From the IMG/VR virus record IMGVR_UViG_3300025418_000011: a DNA stretch of 64,000 nucleotides. One strand, 5' to 3'. The DNA comes from a virus. The notes below the pieces were generated by a model. That model was given only the letters and a program-made list of their open reading frames with translations. It was not told the origin of the DNA and ran no database searches. A program made the position numbers and the translations under genes. Shown here one piece after another: positions 54,599 to 63,929 of the stretch. How positions within the stretch are numbered: position 1 is the stretch's first letter; the number at the start of each line of letters is the position of its first letter.

Positions 54599-55684
54599 AT
54601 GAAGCGTAAAGGAATTATTCCAATAAATAGAATAGGTTCTTTTTATAACTTTCCCAACTGGAGGTATCAAATATACTTAAATCCAGGAAAGGCGAATCTT
54701 ATATGGTGCTGTCGCAAACCTGCGGATGGAGCTAACGCACTGAGAAGATATGCGAATTATCCCGGAGTTAAAGATAATGTAGAAGTTAATTATTCTTTTC
54801 CTACACGTTTTCAAAATGTAATAAACAAATTAAGTTGGAAAAATAGAGAAACATTTTATAAACTTTTTAACTCTAAATTAAAAAAGGGAGGAGATAAAAA
54901 GATTTTTTGCAGGACTTACGAGGGCAAAAATCCAATATGGAACATTAAGTACGTAGACAGCATTTCTGATGTTTTTTTAAAAAAGCTATTGTATCACATA
55001 TCAAATATTAAATTTGATCACTATATTCAGTTTGCGGTGGGCTTAAAAATGTCCCCAGAGCATGAACATATTTTTAGGGCCATAGGGTATCATATTTTTG
55101 CTAATATTTCAGATCACGAAATCGCCAAAAGATTTAAAATGTATCCTAAGCAAATAGAAGCAATAAGGAACTTATTTTTCGATTTTACTTCGGCACCTAG
55201 AGAGGTAACAGCGCAATCAGCTTATTTTACCCAACTGGTTGACAATGACATTATTTCTGATTTAGATAAAAGATATTATAAACTTATATCTGAGTTAGGA
55301 GAGGTAGGCTTAAAGGCTCAGGCAAATTATCATACTCTTGACGAGGAACAAAAACGTAAGGTTGAAAATTATTTGGGTGATTCTATGCTAGAGAACGTAT
55401 TAAACCTTAATTTTGCTGTTACTGATATGAAAGATGCCATTAATTTCAATGGAGTTATTAATAACTTAGCTTCATTCTATATAAAGAAAGAAGAAGTCAA
55501 TTACTACAGAGCTAAGGTTAGAAATCTGGATGCTAGTACTGTTAGAATTGTTAATGATAATAGCCAAGATGCAGGAATGATTGACTCTACAGACCAAGAA
55601 GCGTTAAAGTTAATAGGTACTTTGGCGTTAAAGGAAAATTCACTTCCAGAATATAAGCCAATTACGGAATTGAATTCTTTTTAA
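54599..55684 (+). CDS. Hypothetical protein with possible HTH
   Basis: ATG at 54599 preferred; ISDHEIAKRFKMYPKQIEAIRNLF looks HTH-like. Confidence 0.55.
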   Translation: MKRKGIIPINRIGSFYNFPNWRYQIYLNPGKANLIWCCRKPADGANALRRYANYPGVKDNVEVNYSFPTRFQNVINKLSWKNRETFYKLFNSKLKKGGDKKIFCRTYEGKNPIWNIKYVDSISDVFLKKLLYHISNIKFDHYIQFAVGLKMSPEHEHIFRAIGYHIFANISDHEIAKRFKMYPKQIEAIRNLFFDFTSAPREVTAQSAYFTQLVDNDIISDLDKRYYKLISELGEVGLKAQANYHTLDEEQKRKVENYLGDSMLENVLNLNFAVTDMKDAINFNGVINNLASFYIKKEEVNYYRAKVRNLDASTVRIVNDNSQDAGMIDSTDQEALKLIGTLALKENSLPEYKPITELNSF

Positions 55685-55698
55685 AAACCTGTTATAAA
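55670..55698 (+). promoter_or_regulatory. sigma70-like promoter
   Basis: TTGAAT-17 nt-TATAAA with a TG just upstream of the -10 box. Confidence 0.5.
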
Positions 55699-55712
55699 TT
55701 AAGGATAAAGCT

Positions 55713-57143
55713 ATGGAACAACCCAACTCTCTCGTAAAAATTGCATTAGCCGAAGTGGTACAACAAGTAAACACTGGCGTAAATCCTACACAAGCCCTTA
55801 AGAAGGTGGCTACTGACTTGGATTTAAATCCAAACTATATTCATAGAGTAGGAGAGGCTCTTAATGTGGCATTGCACTACAATCATTTCAAAAAGGCTTC
55901 CGACAGGTCTTCTCAATTTCCTATTGCGGACATTCCAGGCACGATTAAAGAAATTTTTTCTACATCAGAAAAAACGGCAAACGAATATATTTCCGAACAT
56001 TTTCCTGCTTCTGAAACTAACGAAGAAGTGTTTAATTTCAACAGAGCTTTAAACAATCCAAGGTATAAACAAGCATATCTTGAAATTGTTAATGCCGAGG
56101 CCTCTAACGAGCCCTACAGCCTGACCATGCGCGGAGCTTTTCAGAAAGCTGCAAATCTTTTGAAGGACTTAGAACAAGACCTCGATAATCAAAAAACAGA
56201 AAAAGTAGGGGCAGAGATTTCACTCAACCAGCAATTTTCGAAGCTGGCAGATCATTTCCGTAAGGATAGCGGGTACAGATTACCTTTTGAGGAATTTGAA
56301 TCTCAGGTATTTAGTAAGCATGGAGAAAATGCGTTACCTTACCTAGATTTGATCTACAAGACCGCAGGAATTTCAGAGGAAAGAGGTGTGCATGATGCAA
56401 AATATCAAATGTTTGAGCCTTCTCGTGAATTAGGCATGTTTGATTCTTTTATGAAGGCTGCCACTTATTTAGGAGAGGTGGAGCAAAACCTCAAGACAGC
56501 TGAAGAGAATTATAGTTTTGAAAAAGAATATTATTCTGAGATAGGCAAGCTTGTGGCGGGTAATGGAACTCTCGCAAAACAAAGCGAAGAGTCTCCTGAA
56601 GTTAAAGTTAAAAAAAAAAATAAGCCGACTTCAGAAGATAAGAAGGATGAGGAGAGAGATCCTGTTTTAGATAGAATTAAAAAACAGGCTGAACTTAAAA
56701 AGGAAGCCTTTACCGGTGGACTTAATCTTTTTTCTTTAGCTAATTTAGTGGGTGGTGCGAAGGCCTTAGAAGAGCACAACCTTCATCATGAATTGGCTGG
56801 GCATGTAAATAAAAGACGCTCTTCTGTAGGTAATGCTGGAAATGTTACTCTTGAAAATATGGAGAGGCAGCTTATTTTCCAGGAATTGCTATTAACTGAT
56901 CCCATATTGTCCAGAGCAAATCCACAAAAAGTGGCAAGAGCCTATGAACAGATTTTAAGGCTTTCTCCGCAAGTCTCCAAAGAGAAAGAAGTTTTACGTG
57001 CAATGCTAAGGCAGGCGGTGGCTTCTCAGGCGATCGCTCCCCATGATGCAGACCAGTTAACAAAACTGGACATGGATCTCATGAAAAGAAAAATCGTGTC
57101 TGAGAACTATTTACGTGGTAATCTAGATAGCACAAAGTTTTAA
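55713..57143 (+). CDS. Putative head core protein (many K-x-A)
   Basis: LVKIAL, FKKAS, FQKAA, FMKAA, LKTAE, IKKQAE, LKKEAF. Confidence 0.6.
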   Translation: MEQPNSLVKIALAEVVQQVNTGVNPTQALKKVATDLDLNPNYIHRVGEALNVALHYNHFKKASDRSSQFPIADIPGTIKEIFSTSEKTANEYISEHFPASETNEEVFNFNRALNNPRYKQAYLEIVNAEASNEPYSLTMRGAFQKAANLLKDLEQDLDNQKTEKVGAEISLNQQFSKLADHFRKDSGYRLPFEEFESQVFSKHGENALPYLDLIYKTAGISEERGVHDAKYQMFEPSRELGMFDSFMKAATYLGEVEQNLKTAEENYSFEKEYYSEIGKLVAGNGTLAKQSEESPEVKVKKKNKPTSEDKKDEERDPVLDRIKKQAELKKEAFTGGLNLFSLANLVGGAKALEEHNLHHELAGHVNKRRSSVGNAGNVTLENMERQLIFQELLLTDPILSRANPQKVARAYEQILRLSPQVSKEKEVLRAMLRQAVASQAIAPHDADQLTKLDMDLMKRKIVSENYLRGNLDSTKF

Positions 57144-57155
57144 AATATAAATCAT

Positions 57156-57527
57156 ATGAGCTTAATTCTTCAAGTTACCAGGGCTATCGAGAACGACGTT
57201 TGGAGTCTCACATTTTCTGTGGACAAGTCAAAAATATCTCAAAGCGATCTAGACTTAATTTCTAAATTTGGCGAACCCACAATAAACGTAGGCGGAACTT
57301 TCGGAACTTCACCGGATCAATATACCCTACCCAATCAGTATATCGGCATTATCTCTGGTTTACCTTACACTCAAACATTTGACTCTACCTCTGCTCCATT
57401 TAATACTGACACCCAGATTAAGGCCGTGGCATATCAAACTGCGATTGTTGCTAATTATACAGCTGCATTAAGCTCACTAAGAAGCAACACAGACAATTTT
57501 ACCGGAGAATATCTTTTTAATTTATGA
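57156..57527 (+). CDS. Putative virion structural protein
   Basis: 123 aa, beta-rich composition, in the head operon. Confidence 0.5.
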   Translation: MSLILQVTRAIENDVWSLTFSVDKSKISQSDLDLISKFGEPTINVGGTFGTSPDQYTLPNQYIGIISGLPYTQTFDSTSAPFNTDTQIKAVAYQTAIVANYTAALSSLRSNTDNFTGEYLFNL

Positions 57528-58003
57528 ATTTAGAAGATCCTAGAATTAAGGCGGCCTTTGCTCGCGGTTATATGAATAAACGCGCTGAATATGATTTAGA
57601 GAAAGGCGCATTTTTATTGCCATTGCTTGGAACCCTCTATGGAGGTTTAAGGGGTGCAACACTGGCAGGTAAATATCTAGCTCCAGCCATAGGTTCTTGG
57701 GCCGAAAGAGCACTGGCTAAAAGGTTAGCCGCTAGGGCAATAGTACCCGGAGAATTAGGCACAATTCCAAAACCTCCAGGTTGGGCAACGAACAAAATAG
57801 ACTCTGTATTACGTTCTTTATCCACAAAAGTAAATCCCGCTGAACTAGCAGGCCACCAGTATTATTATCCTGTTGCCCCCGCCGGTGAGCTAGCCTCTCA
57901 ATTAGGACAACTTGGTGGTAGCGTACTGGGTGGAGGTATAGGTGCTGGAGTAGAGGGTCTTCTAACTCCGCAACAAACACAGCAGCCCAGCATTAACCAA
58001 TAA
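57524..58003 (+). CDS. Putative internal head protein (K-x-A, Gly zipper)
   Basis: AFARGYMNKRAE, LEKGAF, GGSVLGGGIGAG. Confidence 0.55.
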   Translation: MNLEDPRIKAAFARGYMNKRAEYDLEKGAFLLPLLGTLYGGLRGATLAGKYLAPAIGSWAERALAKRLAARAIVPGELGTIPKPPGWATNKIDSVLRSLSTKVNPAELAGHQYYYPVAPAGELASQLGQLGGSVLGGGIGAGVEGLLTPQQTQQPSINQ

Positions 58004-58010
58004 GGATATA

Positions 58011-58571
58011 ATGAATACCAATAGCTTTATCTCTGGATTTATAAAGGCAGCAAATTCTTCAGGACTTCCCGAAGAAAATATAGTCGATTTTATTAAGTCT
58101 GCTTATGCAGATAACTTAAGTGAGCAAGATTTAGCCAAGATAAGAATTGCCCTCAGAAGGGCGGGTTACTCTCCTGGGTACAATGATCCTTCTGGATTCA
58201 CTTCATCAAATTACAACCAAGCAATTTTAAATGCTAGAGACGCGAGCCTTGGGCAAGAGCCCCACAACCAGGGGATATTGTCGGGAATTTCTCACTCCAT
58301 ACCCGGAGCACTTCTCGGTGGCACAGCAGGACATTTAACGGGCGGTTTTTTAAACCGCCCAGGTAAATCCACAATTTTAAATGCACTACGTAGAAAATTA
58401 CCGGTATCTTTAGGATTGGGTGGAGCTATCGCAGGGGGGCTTCTCACAGGCTTACCCGCCTACGAGGCAAAAAAACAAAACGTTTCCAGCTTTCAAAAAT
58501 TGAACGACCCAGAGAATATAGAAAGAATCTCAAGAGCATTACAAGCAGATAAAACCCTTTTAGCCAGCTAA
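58011..58571 (+). CDS. Putative internal head protein (K-x-A, Gly zipper)
   Basis: FISGFIKAANSSG, FIKSAY, GALLGGTAG, GLGGAIAGGLL. Confidence 0.55.
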   Translation: MNTNSFISGFIKAANSSGLPEENIVDFIKSAYADNLSEQDLAKIRIALRRAGYSPGYNDPSGFTSSNYNQAILNARDASLGQEPHNQGILSGISHSIPGALLGGTAGHLTGGFLNRPGKSTILNALRRKLPVSLGLGGAIAGGLLTGLPAYEAKKQNVSSFQKLNDPENIERISRALQADKTLLAS

Positions 58572-58575
58572 AACC

Positions 58576-59772
58576 ATGCCCAACGAACTCACAAATTTTC
58601 AACAAGAATTAAATAATCCCGCTACTGACGGAAATTCGGAGCTATATAGGGCGGTATCCCCTCTTTTAAATTTACAGAATATTCCAGAAGCTAAGAATAA
58701 GTTTGATGCCGAAAGAATCAACAAGTTAAAAGATGATGTGCGTAGAGGCATGGTAGGCCTTGAGTACCTCACAGGACTTAAAAGCAATAAGGCAGAGACT
58801 TTTTATGACAAACATCCAGCGCAGGCAACTATTTCTGATTTATTAGCTAGTTCTGGAGCATTAGGTACTGCCACCGCTTTAGGCGTACCGGCAGCAAATG
58901 GGATTAACCAGGCCCGCCAGCTTAAAAAATTAATCAGCGCGTATGACAGCCGTCGCTCTGACCCCGCGCAGAGCATGCTTAACAAACTTAGCCCGATGGA
59001 AGGAAAGCATCCGGGTAGAGTTACGGACCCTCACGTTTTGCAGATGTTTGGTTCGTTAAATCCAGAAGATGTGATCTCTGCAGGAGCCGGAGAACATGAT
59101 CCTATAACAAAAAGACTTAAGTTTATGGACATGGTTTCTGGAGGAAAGTCAGGTTATGAGGCGCAATACAATGCATTAACCTCTCCTGAAGAAAAAAAGA
59201 ACTTTTTAAAAAACTTAGTAGGTACAAAAGAGCACAATATTTTGGGAGAGTACGCCGAAATTCATAAAGGGCTCAGGGATGGAGGAAAAAATCTCAAAGC
59301 CCCTATCTTTTCTGGAGTTGGTGATAAGCTTAGAGAGAGGGTACTCACATCAGAACTAGCAAACAAGAATAAGCATGTTTACAATTTTTTAAATGAGTTA
59401 TTGCCCTCAAAACACCAACCTATTAGAGATTTTGTTAATTCCGTGATTGGCAATCTTCCCGAAGAACACAAAAGCCCGGCACTTATAAACGCCATATTTG
59501 AGGATGCCTTGAATAAACAGCAAGGTGAGGCAGGTTTACTTGGAGAGGACTTAGTTAGGAATCAATTCGGACGCTCCAGAGCAGCTAAATTAATCCGTAG
59601 ACTTGGTCCCGGTGCTGTTGTTGGAGGTGGAATAGCTGCTGGCGGTCTTGGTTTACATGCCGCACTTAAAGGTCTACAGAACCAAGTTTACGGTAAAGAG
59701 AAAATCAAAGAGTGGAAAAGGAACCTGCTTCGCTCTAAGGGACAATTCGAAGAGGCTAACCGCATAAAATAA
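58576..59772 (+). CDS. Putative internal head/ejection protein
   Basis: 398 aa; two Gly-rich hydrophobic segments. Confidence 0.5.
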   Translation: MPNELTNFQQELNNPATDGNSELYRAVSPLLNLQNIPEAKNKFDAERINKLKDDVRRGMVGLEYLTGLKSNKAETFYDKHPAQATISDLLASSGALGTATALGVPAANGINQARQLKKLISAYDSRRSDPAQSMLNKLSPMEGKHPGRVTDPHVLQMFGSLNPEDVISAGAGEHDPITKRLKFMDMVSGGKSGYEAQYNALTSPEEKKNFLKNLVGTKEHNILGEYAEIHKGLRDGGKNLKAPIFSGVGDKLRERVLTSELANKNKHVYNFLNELLPSKHQPIRDFVNSVIGNLPEEHKSPALINAIFEDALNKQQGEAGLLGEDLVRNQFGRSRAAKLIRRLGPGAVVGGGIAAGGLGLHAALKGLQNQVYGKEKIKEWKRNLLRSKGQFEEANRIK

Positions 59773-61202
59773 TGATTAAATTTAATTCTACTTCTGATTG
59801 GAACTTTGATGTTCCTCCTGTAAATATTGTTAATGAATCTGCTGATTTAAAAAAATTAGCAGCTGTTCAGGATGAACTTAAAGTTGAAAAAACGGCCAAT
59901 CAGACAGATGTGCATGTTATTGCTCTGGGAGCTTATGAAGGCATAGGGCAAAACAGAAATGGAGATCTTTTTAAAGAGGCTGAGTGCTTAAAGCATTATA
60001 GAACATTTATTAAATCCGGCAGTAAGGATAAGGATGGTAAATATGACGGAAGGGCTATAAATCGCCACCATAAAAATAAGCCCCACGATCCTAAATACGG
60101 AAATATAAAAGCCGCAGCATATAATCCTGACATGAAAAGGATTGAGCTTATTGTGGGGCTGGACAACGATAAGTGCGCTGAAGAAATTCAAAAACTTTCA
60201 GAGGGGCAGCAAATCAATGTGTCTATGGCGGCTAAAGTAGCTAGTGATATTTGCACTTGGTGCGGACATGAAGCCAAAGATGATCGTGGGCGTTGTGAGC
60301 ATATCCCTAGACAAATAGGCGAGCTTAACAAACGTGGTGAAATGTGCGGAATGGACAACGTTAATCCCCATTGGTTTGAATTATCCATTGTAGGGAGACC
60401 CGCGGACAGAATAGGTATGTCTCTTAAATTAGCCTCTGAGTATGCTCCTAAGCTTACCGCAGATTATTTAAAGATATATACAGATTTTTCAATACCTTCT
60501 GACGCTCAAGATTTCCTTATATCTAAAAAGGCAAGTGATAAACGTCATCTTGTTGGTAAGTTAGCCGAGATGGAGAAACATATAGAAGGAATTGCCACAA
60601 AGGGCCCAAAGGATTCTTCTGAAAAATACATTGCTCATGAGGCGTCAAAAATAAATCATGCTGATGGAATTTCTGACGAAACGATAGATGAGCTTCGTAA
60701 GCAAGAACCAGGTAAACTACTAAAGGTACTCGCAGAGCACGGGATAATTTTTTCGCCCACTGACTTTGTAAAGTATCTTTTTGGAGATCATCTTAAAGAC
60801 AGCAAAATCATAGATAAGATGAAAAAGCGTCTTCCTTCTGGTTTTTCTGCTATGGAGAAAGATGACGATGTTGAAAACAAGATAGTTAATAATGAAAAAT
60901 TTGACCCCCAGGAAATGGGGATTATTCCAAGAGAAATAAAAGATCTTGTCAGCGGTCTTTTCAACGGGCATTCTTTATTCGATCAGCCTGCACACGGAAG
61001 AGTGATGCGCATCACAATCATCAAGAGAATTCCTGGTGATTTAAAGCCCTCGCCTCATTCTGAAGAGGTTGAAAAAAATGCAGCTGCTGACGAATTAGCT
61101 CATCAATACTTGAGCTATAAATTAGCGGCATTGCGTTATATGGATGAGTGCGGTAAATTAGACGATCAAACGATTTTAAATGCACTCATTCAAAATCGTT
61201 AA
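59772..61202 (+). CDS. Prohead (capsid maturation) protease, HK97/assemblin-fold-like, with Zn-ribbon insert
   Basis: NRNGDLF, RHH, VSMA (Ser nucleophile candidate), CTWCGH...CEH, FELSIVGRPAD; directly upstream of scaffold-like genes. Confidence 0.75.
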   Translation: MIKFNSTSDWNFDVPPVNIVNESADLKKLAAVQDELKVEKTANQTDVHVIALGAYEGIGQNRNGDLFKEAECLKHYRTFIKSGSKDKDGKYDGRAINRHHKNKPHDPKYGNIKAAAYNPDMKRIELIVGLDNDKCAEEIQKLSEGQQINVSMAAKVASDICTWCGHEAKDDRGRCEHIPRQIGELNKRGEMCGMDNVNPHWFELSIVGRPADRIGMSLKLASEYAPKLTADYLKIYTDFSIPSDAQDFLISKKASDKRHLVGKLAEMEKHIEGIATKGPKDSSEKYIAHEASKINHADGISDETIDELRKQEPGKLLKVLAEHGIIFSPTDFVKYLFGDHLKDSKIIDKMKKRLPSGFSAMEKDDDVENKIVNNEKFDPQEMGIIPREIKDLVSGLFNGHSLFDQPAHGRVMRITIIKRIPGDLKPSPHSEEVEKNAAADELAHQYLSYKLAALRYMDECGKLDDQTILNALIQNR

Positions 61203-61209
61203 AAAAAAC

Positions 61210-61238
61210 TTGGAACATAAATAAATATCAGATAGTAT
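61210..61238 (+). promoter_or_regulatory. sigma70-like promoter
   Basis: TTGGAA-17 nt-TAGTAT. Confidence 0.5.
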
Positions 61239-61264
61239 ATAAAACAATCCTTACAGAAAAACAT

Positions 61265-62269
61265 ATGAACGAAAATTTTTTAATTGGCTTTGTTAAGGCC
61301 GCTAAAGACGCAGGAATGGACGACGCTAAAATTCAAGAATTGCTTGCTCAGCATGGCGGAGAAGAGGCGCATGAAGCTGCTCCCCATCATGAAGGTGGAA
61401 TTCCTCACGAGGAAGAACTTGAAGAGATGCTTTCCCAACTCTCTCCTGAAGAGTTAGAACATCTCCTTGCTGAAGTCGCGCAAGAACAGCAGGGCACTGG
61501 TCATTCTGAAGAGGCCGAACAAATTCCTAATGTTGCTGCAGGGATCGAACAGCAGCTTTCTCAGCACCCAGAAGTTGCTGAGCAATTAGCCCCGCATCCA
61601 GGAGCTGATGAAGCCACGCTCGGCAAGCAGAGCGCTATTAATTTTATCAAGTCCGCCAGCTACGTTGAGGGATTTTTAACACAAGCCGTTGGTCGTGGTA
61701 TTGGGCTGAAGGAAGCTGTAGAGCTCTATGACTCAGCTTTCACCACCACATTCAATCAACTGAAGCAAAGTGAGCTCGTCGGCGGTCAGAAGAAGCTTGA
61801 CGTAAATCATAATGGTAAGATTGATGCAGAGGACCTCAAAAAGCTCCGCGAGCACAAGGCTTCTCCCGCGGGTGAAAATAAGTCTATGGATTCGGAAGAA
61901 AAGAAGGCCGAAAAAGAGTGTGAATGTGGCGGAACTTGCGATGAATGCAAATCCAAGAAGGAAAAAGAAAAGCAAGAAGAAAAGACCGCCGCTTATTATG
62001 AAGGAGTTTTAGAACGTGCTCGCGAATACGGTTTATCCGACGCCGAGGCACTTCAGGTTGTAAAAGAAGCTATGGAAAAAGAGAGCGGTTTAGCTGAGAC
62101 CGCGGGTTCGGCTGTTACAAATACCCTGAGACGCGGAGCCACTGCTCTCAAAGATGTATACAGCGATACTAAAGACCTTGTGAAGAAACACCCCAAGAAA
62201 GCTATCGGCTTAGGTGCTGCTAGTGTTGGCGGGGCGGGAATCGTTGCAGGTAGAGAAAGTAAGGAATAA
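61265..62269 (+). CDS. Prohead core/scaffold-like protein
   Basis: Acidic, His/Glu-rich; KKLDVNHNGKIDAEDLKKLR module recalled from T4-like core proteins; FVKAA, FIKSA, EKKAE, EKTAA. Confidence 0.65.
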   Translation: MNENFLIGFVKAAKDAGMDDAKIQELLAQHGGEEAHEAAPHHEGGIPHEEELEEMLSQLSPEELEHLLAEVAQEQQGTGHSEEAEQIPNVAAGIEQQLSQHPEVAEQLAPHPGADEATLGKQSAINFIKSASYVEGFLTQAVGRGIGLKEAVELYDSAFTTTFNQLKQSELVGGQKKLDVNHNGKIDAEDLKKLREHKASPAGENKSMDSEEKKAEKECECGGTCDECKSKKEKEKQEEKTAAYYEGVLERAREYGLSDAEALQVVKEAMEKESGLAETAGSAVTNTLRRGATALKDVYSDTKDLVKKHPKKAIGLGAASVGGAGIVAGRESKE

Positions 62270-62332
62270 TTAGCTATTTACAAACAACTAAAACTAAACT
62301 AAAATAAAAAAACAATAGGAGAACATAACATT

Positions 62333-63238
62333 ATGGGCAAATTAACAAAACACGCCGAAGTATTAACCCAGCTCCACTCGCTGGTTAAGAAGCAAGCCGA
62401 GGAAGCACAGAAGTCTGTTACTGGCGAACCCGCCTCCCAGAATCCTCATTCCGTTAAAGAAGAGCACGAGACCGTTAACAAAAACAACGTGGGTCCCGAA
62501 AATCTTCCTCAGAGCTATCATCAGGCTCCTAGCCAAGACGAGTCCAAGCCCACCGCCAAGACCGCTGAAACTCTCGGCACTGAAATTTTAAATCTCATCC
62601 GTAAGCATGCTGATGCTCAGGACACCGTTGTTGGTGAGCCGGGCAAGGACACGCATCCTGAGTCCGTTGAGGAGAAGCACGAGACAGAGAACAAGAACGA
62701 AGTGGGAGCAGACAAGCTCGAGCAGACCACTGCCAAGCAGGAGGAAAGCTCCGATAAGGCCGAGCCCGCTGCTGAAGTCAAGAAGGCCTCTGAAGAGGTC
62801 GAGACCCTTGCTAGCAAGGTAGCTTCTTATGAACTCGGTCGCCAGTTCTGCGCCGCTCTTCTTAAAACAGCCTCCACCACCGTAAAGGCTGATGGTGAGC
62901 TCATGAAAGAAGCTGGTCGCAGAGATTTTGATCTTCTTATCGCTCAGGCTGCGCAGGAACTCGAGACCGAGACTGCCGCAGATAGCGAGAAGCAGGCTGA
63001 GGCTGCTGGTGCCGCTTATTTTGAAGAAATCTTAAAGCAGGCTGCTCTCGAAGAGGCCACCAAGGAGAACGAGGCCCTCAAGGCCAAGGTCGCTGAGCTT
63101 TCTCAGTTTGCCGAGACTGTTCTCAGCAAGGAAGCCCAAGAGAAGCAAGCCGCTGAGTCTATCGAATTCCAGACCAAGCTCGCTGAGACGGTTGCTAACA
63201 TCGTTCTCGAGCGTCTTAAGTCTGAGGCCGCTAAGTAA
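62333..63238 (+). CDS. Capsid scaffolding protein
   Basis: Ala/Glu/Lys-rich coiled coil; more than a dozen K-x-A; two ~36-aa internal repeats; strong C-ending codon bias. Confidence 0.7.
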   Translation: MGKLTKHAEVLTQLHSLVKKQAEEAQKSVTGEPASQNPHSVKEEHETVNKNNVGPENLPQSYHQAPSQDESKPTAKTAETLGTEILNLIRKHADAQDTVVGEPGKDTHPESVEEKHETENKNEVGADKLEQTTAKQEESSDKAEPAAEVKKASEEVETLASKVASYELGRQFCAALLKTASTTVKADGELMKEAGRRDFDLLIAQAAQELETETAADSEKQAEAAGAAYFEEILKQAALEEATKENEALKAKVAELSQFAETVLSKEAQEKQAAESIEFQTKLAETVANIVLERLKSEAAK

Positions 63239-63249
63239 TTAATCCTTTA

Positions 63250-63417
63250 ATGGAAAGCTCTACAGGAGTTCAATCCCCCTTAGAGCTAGAGGCCTTAAAA
63301 GCCTTGACTAAAATTACCGACGCAGACAAAAGAAAAGTTTTAGAATATATTGAAAGTTTAATCCTCCTAGAGAGAACTACCAAAAACAATGGACAAGGAA
63401 ACGCTCAACAAAATTGA
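63250..63417 (+). CDS. Hypothetical protein (55 aa)
   Basis: Own translation: MESSTGVQSPLELEALKALTKITDADKRKVLEYIESLILLERTTKNNGQGNAQQN. Confidence 0.45.
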   Translation: MESSTGVQSPLELEALKALTKITDADKRKVLEYIESLILLERTTKNNGQGNAQQN

Positions 63418-63781
63418 AGAATTTGTTAAAATAGCGCAAGCCGAAATTAGTGAGCTTAAGGCAGAGCTGTCCAAGGTAAACGAAAAAATCGCTTCTGAGA
63501 CCACGCAGTGTGATGAAGAGTTTAATCACGCCCTCAAACTTGCAGCTAATGCTCTTTATGAGTCTGACTTTATCAACGACGAATATGATAAGCGTCGTTT
63601 TGTTAAGAAGGCCAAAGAAGATCATAAGTATCTCGCCACGATCATTCAAAAGATTTGTGAAGCTTCTGATGTCTCCTCGTTTGGAGAAGTAGCTTCTGTT
63701 AAAACCGCAGGAGATAGCGTTGACCCTGTGATGCGTAAAGCTTTCGGTTATGATTCAAATTATAACCTTCTTGATGAGTAA
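63389..63781 (+). CDS. Putative head-associated protein (K-x-A family)
   Basis: FVKIAQ, NEKIAS, LKLAA, VKTAG. Confidence 0.6.
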   Translation: MDKETLNKIEEFVKIAQAEISELKAELSKVNEKIASETTQCDEEFNHALKLAANALYESDFINDEYDKRRFVKKAKEDHKYLATIIQKICEASDVSSFGEVASVKTAGDSVDPVMRKAFGYDSNYNLLDE

Positions 63782-63929
63782 AAATATATTTGACTCTGTA
63801 ATAAAATTTTGTAATAATTAAATATACAAAACTTCGGCAATGCGACTTGTGATACCCTGATCGGTACCAGTATGAGGTAGCAGAAGCGAAAACCAAAATT
63901 AAACAACAACAAACCAAAATCAAAAAATT

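Noticed and set aside
63262-63281. tRNA T-arm-like GGAGTTCAATCCCC
   Set aside because: No acceptor, D or anticodon arms; it lies inside the 63250..63417 ORF.
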